Below are positions 59,753 through 64,000 of a DNA stretch of 64,000 bases, one piece after another. The notes below the pieces were generated by a model that ran no database searches, was not told where the DNA came from, and saw only the letters and a list, made by a program, of their open reading frames with translations. Both the position numbers and the translations under genes were made by a program. Source of the stretch: Candidatus Nanohalarchaeota archaeon (lineage in GTDB: Archaea; Nanohalarchaeota; Nanosalinia; Nanosalinales; JAFCCC01). Numbering within the stretch: position 1 is the stretch's first letter; each line of letters starts with the position of its first letter. Location of the stretch: positions 32,001 to 96,000 of the forward strand of contig JAFCCC010000002.1 of the NCBI GenBank assembly GCA_017610385.1, given 5' to 3'.

Positions 59753-60472
59753 ATGTCAAATTCACCATATTCTATAGCTATGAAAAATGGAAGAGTAAGT
59801 TATTGGGCTACTGGAATAACAAATGACGGATTTCCGCGGGGCGGAACTCTTGAGGTAAAACACATAAATCATGGTAATTCTTTTGCAGTGGTCTTTGGGT
59901 GTTATGATTCTGAAAAAGACGTATCAGTTTATTGTACACCAGACACTCAAGAAATTAGAATAACTGGTTCTTGCGCACCAGAAGCAATAAAAGCTATTTT
60001 AGGCGCTACAAGAGACTTAGATCAACTATCTATAAGAAAATCAAATCATAATTCGGGAAACAGAACCATAATCCCCCTAGAATTGTGGAAAATAATAGAT
60101 CAAATAGAAGATCCAAAATTGACACCATATTTTCCTAGACGTGAAATAACTTGTTTTCCATATGCAGAAGATCATGATAGTGGAAAAGATCTGGGTTTCC
60201 TTAAGTTAGTAGCAAAAGAACTTGATGTTTTAGATGATGCAGCAAAAGAGGGTTTTGGAATTATTGGTAGAGATTCTAGAGTAAAAAAAGTACGTGGTTT
60301 TGATATTGCACGGACGGTAGCCAAAGGACTTAAATTATTCTTGTCTTCTGACGGACGAGATGAATTTCATGGGATCCGTTGTTATTCAGATAGTGGTGAT
60401 GGCGTTATTGAACTAGATGCGCCTGCACAAGAAAGACTTCAACAATTTTTAGAAAGCGAATATTTTCTTTAG
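59753..60472 (+). CDS. Hypothetical protein
   Basis: 239-aa ORF with a TTTTATAT box upstream. Confidence 0.6.
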   Translation: MSNSPYSIAMKNGRVSYWATGITNDGFPRGGTLEVKHINHGNSFAVVFGCYDSEKDVSVYCTPDTQEIRITGSCAPEAIKAILGATRDLDQLSIRKSNHNSGNRTIIPLELWKIIDQIEDPKLTPYFPRREITCFPYAEDHDSGKDLGFLKLVAKELDVLDDAAKEGFGIIGRDSRVKKVRGFDIARTVAKGLKLFLSSDGRDEFHGIRCYSDSGDGVIELDAPAQERLQQFLESEYFL

Positions 60473-60550
60473 AAAGTGCGTATTTATTTGATTAAAAAGC
60501 GAGAATCCAATTTAAATCAGAAGAAATATATTTTAATCATAAAACTTCGC

Positions 60551-61078
60551 CTATAAGAATCGTCGCTCAGAACTCGGAGATGAAGAAAAATCAGGTGAAA
60601 ATGGATTTATTCGTTCTGGTTCTTTTTCAGGCGGCGCTTTAAAAGAATTATCAGTGGAAACCTCTGCTGAATTCTTATTAGATTCTTTCATTTCTCTTAA
60701 TAAACTAATCATTTCTATATTTTGGTCTCGGATTTCCTTTAGAATTTCAACAATAGGATCATTTAATTTTGATTTTGGTGGTTCTGGTTTTGGTTGTATG
60801 GGTCTTTCAAATAAGGGTTTTTCAGAATCAGACAAATCTCTTATTTCTGGTTCAGGCTCTTTTTCCTTCTTAATCGGAGATTGTTGTGAACTGTATTTTT
60901 GTGCCTGTTGTTTAAGAAAATCAAGAGAAGTCGACGTTTTTGGTTCAATGTTTTCTGGGTTCTTTTTTTTATCTAACAAAGGATTTATTTTAGGATCCAT
61001 TTTAGGAATCACAGAATTATTCTCATGTTCTTTTCTAATTTCGTCTTTAATTGTGTCAAAAAATGTCATATTCACCAA
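60551..61078 (-). CDS. Disordered protein with a QNxxIxLLxE coiled-coil motif
   Basis: P/E/K/S-rich; DQNIEMISLLREMK. Confidence 0.7.
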   Translation of the reverse strand: MVNMTFFDTIKDEIRKEHENNSVIPKMDPKINPLLDKKKNPENIEPKTSTSLDFLKQQAQKYSSQQSPIKKEKEPEPEIRDLSDSEKPLFERPIQPKPEPPKSKLNDPIVEILKEIRDQNIEMISLLREMKESNKNSAEVSTDNSFKAPPEKEPERINPFSPDFSSSPSSERRFL

Positions 61079-61419
61079 AGTCTCCTTTCTTCAAAAGGTT
61101 TATCATAATACTGTGAACTTGATTTAGATTCCACTGAAGATGAAATCGGATTTTGTTTTTCTAAATCTCTCTTTTTTACTATTTCTTCAAGTAATCTTAT
61201 AATTCTTTCGTTTTGATCTAACATTCGATCAATTTTCGAAATTATAGAATATTGAGATTCAGAAGAATGAGGCTCCATTCCAGGCAAATTAAATAAAGTA
61301 TTCATTTTCTCAGAAGTATCTTGAATTTCAACTTCTTCGTTTGTATCTGAATCACTATAATGTTGAACTCCAGTAGGTTTAAGTTCAATCTCTGTTGGCT
61401 CTTGCTTTTTTCTAAACAT
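61072..61419 (-). CDS. Disordered protein with a QNxxIxLLxE coiled-coil motif
   Basis: DQNERIIRLLEEIV. Confidence 0.7.
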   Translation of the reverse strand: MFRKKQEPTEIELKPTGVQHYSDSDTNEEVEIQDTSEKMNTLFNLPGMEPHSSESQYSIISKIDRMLDQNERIIRLLEEIVKKRDLEKQNPISSSVESKSSSQYYDKPFEERRLW

Positions 61420-61420
61420 A

Positions 61421-61861
61421 CTATCGCCTCATTTTGTAATTTAAATTCATATTAATTTCTCTTAAAAGTTCGATTATTGTTTGATTTTGGGTTGTCATTA
61501 CATCTAGTTTAGCTGTTAAACGATCATTTTGTGAAACTTCAGGGGTTGTTGATCTCTCATATAATGATCTTGTCCTTTCACGATATTGCGGGTTTTCTTT
61601 TGCATATGAACTAAGTGCAGAAGGGGTGGATTGCATAGTCGACCTGCTTTGTAATATCTGAGAAGCATTCTTTTGCTCTCTTTGTGGTGAATTTTGAATA
61701 GTATTTGAATAATTTCTTTCTGGATATTTCAGAGTTTCTGAACTTGGTTGATTTATCTGGGATTTTTGTGAAAGATAATTTGACGAGGAATATTTTTGAG
61801 TGGTTTTTGTATTTTCTCCTTTCAAGAATTTTTTAAATTTACTAAAAAGCCCCATCACCAC
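61421..61861 (-). CDS. Disordered protein with an amphipathic N-terminus and a QNxxIxLLxE motif
   Basis: MGLFSKFKKFLKG; TQNQTIIELLREIN. Confidence 0.7.
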   Translation of the reverse strand: MVMGLFSKFKKFLKGENTKTTQKYSSSNYLSQKSQINQPSSETLKYPERNYSNTIQNSPQREQKNASQILQSRSTMQSTPSALSSYAKENPQYRERTRSLYERSTTPEVSQNDRLTAKLDVMTTQNQTIIELLREINMNLNYKMRR

Positions 61862-62009
61862 AACCTCTTATTTACTATAAACACAATATTTATTATAAAT
61901 ACCGTTTGTTATAAATACAAATAGTATATTGCTCCTATAGTATTTATGTAATGTGGCTATTGAAGTGAGAAATGTATTTATATAATATAGCTATTGAGGT
62001 GAGAAATTA

Positions 62010-63539
62010 GTGAAGGATTATTGTATGCATGGCTGTTATCCGGTTGATAGTACTTTTTTTGAAGGTTCTGGAATTGATGCTGAAAAATTTATTAAAAGCC
62101 TAAAGCTGGCTGAAGACATAAATAAAAAAGTTCTTGAAACCCTAAAGGAGCTTAAAATAACGCATATAGACGGTCTGTATTCTTATCGTGTTCTTATTAC
62201 TTTATTATCAGATGTGGTTGGCTCAGATGTTGGTGAAAGGATTTTAGATGAAATGGGAAGCACATTACACTATAAATCTGGCCTAGGAGAACCATATGTT
62301 GCAAAAGGAGATAGAACATTAGTTATTGGTGCTAAAAAACAAGGTAAGCCGATGGGCGCATATAGAACATTAGGTTCTCTGTTAGGTTTTCAATATGGAT
62401 ATCAAAGGCATAAAGTTAATGAATGGTTAAATGTAAGTCCAAGATCTCAATTTTACAATGAAATGATGGGTCGGAGAGGGGAGGCAGAACAACAAGTTAA
62501 TCGAGTTTTAGCAACGCTAAGTGATCTTTATCAACAGAAACACTTGTTAGAACATGATATTAGAAAATTAAATGAAAGGATTTCAAGTTTCAAAATATAT
62601 GACGAAAGTAAAGGGGAACGAGAAGAGGCGCTTAAAGCAGATTTTATTGATTTGGTGGATATTCAAACAGGAAGACATAGTTTGTTAACTATGCAGAGCG
62701 AAAATATTTTTCCAACTATTACTGCTGATTTTTATAGAATGAAAAAACCAGAGGATTTAAAAACTGGTGCTCCGATGGGAAATTTGCCTGAATCTGAAAA
62801 AGCCATGTTAAGAAAAAAATGGTATTTGTATGACAAATGGAAAAGTGAATACCAACAGGTGGTTGCTGGTAAAGTTAAGGATCTTGATATGCGATTAAAT
62901 TCAATTTTAACATCCATTAAACAGAATGAGGAAGGAATTAGACCATATGTCAGAACATTAGTAGAATTACGTGGTACATCTACGGAAGAGTTAGATCGTA
63001 TGACAGATCTTCAGATGATGCAAGGATATTCTTCAAGCTGGAGAGGTATGAAATTAGTATGCTACAAGGCCGTGCGTGAAAATCCGGGTGGAGGAGATTC
63101 TCATTATGATGTTTTGGTTGTTAATATAGATCATCTTACGCTTGCCAATACTGAACAGCCTGCAGCTCCTGGAGCTGGTGGTGCAGCATTGATTTTAAAA
63201 TTTAAAGAATATTTGGTTTGTAAACATGTTTTTGATTTAGCTTTTAAGCCACAAATTGATAATAAAAAGGGTGAAGTTGAAAAATTCATGGATTTATATA
63301 CGGGAAAATCACCATGGATAGATACAATTAAAAAATTAGAGCCACATTTAAAAACAGTTAAAGAATTTAAGAAATCTGCGAAACCCAGTAAATGGGCCTA
63401 CGCAATGGGAAAAGCAGATGGATTCTATGTTCGTTTAGAAGAATTAGATGATTTAAGAACGAAACTGGTTGGGCCACCACATATATCTCCTCTTTATCTA
63501 GATTTGAAATATGCAATAGGAATGTTTGTAACAAGCTAA
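62010..63539 (+). CDS. Conserved-looking hypothetical coiled-coil protein (DPANN-type)
   Basis: 509-aa ORF with GAGGTGA SD; LEHDIRKLNERI..LKADFIDLVD..RPYV. Family recalled from memory, not verified. Confidence 0.7.
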   Translation: MKDYCMHGCYPVDSTFFEGSGIDAEKFIKSLKLAEDINKKVLETLKELKITHIDGLYSYRVLITLLSDVVGSDVGERILDEMGSTLHYKSGLGEPYVAKGDRTLVIGAKKQGKPMGAYRTLGSLLGFQYGYQRHKVNEWLNVSPRSQFYNEMMGRRGEAEQQVNRVLATLSDLYQQKHLLEHDIRKLNERISSFKIYDESKGEREEALKADFIDLVDIQTGRHSLLTMQSENIFPTITADFYRMKKPEDLKTGAPMGNLPESEKAMLRKKWYLYDKWKSEYQQVVAGKVKDLDMRLNSILTSIKQNEEGIRPYVRTLVELRGTSTEELDRMTDLQMMQGYSSSWRGMKLVCYKAVRENPGGGDSHYDVLVVNIDHLTLANTEQPAAPGAGGAALILKFKEYLVCKHVFDLAFKPQIDNKKGEVEKFMDLYTGKSPWIDTIKKLEPHLKTVKEFKKSAKPSKWAYAMGKADGFYVRLEELDDLRTKLVGPPHISPLYLDLKYAIGMFVTS

Positions 63540-63632
63540 ATTGCAAATATAATGGGGGATTTTTTATGAGTTTGATTGAAATCATTTGATATTTCAGTTG
63601 CTTTTATAATTCACGGATGACAAGAATATTTT

Positions 63633-64000
63633 ATGGGCTCGGTTTTGGAACAATTTCGAGAATTTCTTAGAGGAGAGCATAAATCAAAGAGACTGTATCA
63701 TTATTTGGGTTGCTCATCTGGAGCTCCAGTTTCTGATAAGATACCTGTTTTATTGGGCAGACGAGCGGGGTGGGCCACGCGGCAAGGAGCCAATTTTATA
63801 GAATTGTTTACAGGACCGCCTTCTGAGTTGATTATGGAAAAAGAAGAATTAATTAATACTGCGGCCAGATTAGGCCTTAATTATTCTATTCATCCCTCTG
63901 AGCAATTGGGCTTAGATAGTTCTTATGTCATGGCGAGAAATGGATATTTAATTGCTCAAGAATATTTACGAAAAATCATAATTTATGCGGGATTATTAAA
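63633..64000 (+). CDS. Partial ORF, TIM-barrel (xylose isomerase/AP endonuclease 2-like) start
   Basis: Open from ATG 63633 to the window end; GANFIEL..LGLNYSIHP. Confidence 0.55.
   Translation, partial: MGSVLEQFREFLRGEHKSKRLYHYLGCSSGAPVSDKIPVLLGRRAGWATRQGANFIELFTGPPSELIMEKEELINTAARLGLNYSIHPSEQLGLDSSYVMARNGYLIAQEYLRKIIIYAGLL

Overview
AT-rich archaeal chromosomal window, most consistent with a DPANN lineage (inference from TFB, HMf-type histone, rpS17e, Nop5, Trm1, aMBF1, ABCE1, TATA-driven and often leaderless genes, and DPANN-style surface proteins). Roughly 2-33.8 kb is a cell-surface protein region. It holds beta-helix, Cys-rich, vWA/LTD, FN3 and Big-1 proteins that share modules, an archaeosortase/exosortase with a partner gene, and a VPXXXP-CTERM substrate. 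The right half is mostly housekeeping genes with small accessory cassettes between them. Main unexplained structure: (1) two HTH-MNT/HEPN toxin-antitoxin cassettes, each flanked by a 24-30 bp duplication of the 3' end of the upstream gene, with no integrase; (2) a 2.56-kb IS903-like element with terminal inverted repeats and a perfect 9-bp target-site duplication, carrying a HEPN cargo gene and only transposase tails; (3) a three-gene module of a caspase/gingipain-like peptidase plus two small paralogues; (4) a candidate modular surface scaffold that includes a polyprotein with an internal signal peptide; (5) a pseudoknot-like leader next to a Shine-Dalgarno site. All family assignments come from motif recognition by eye; no searches were run.
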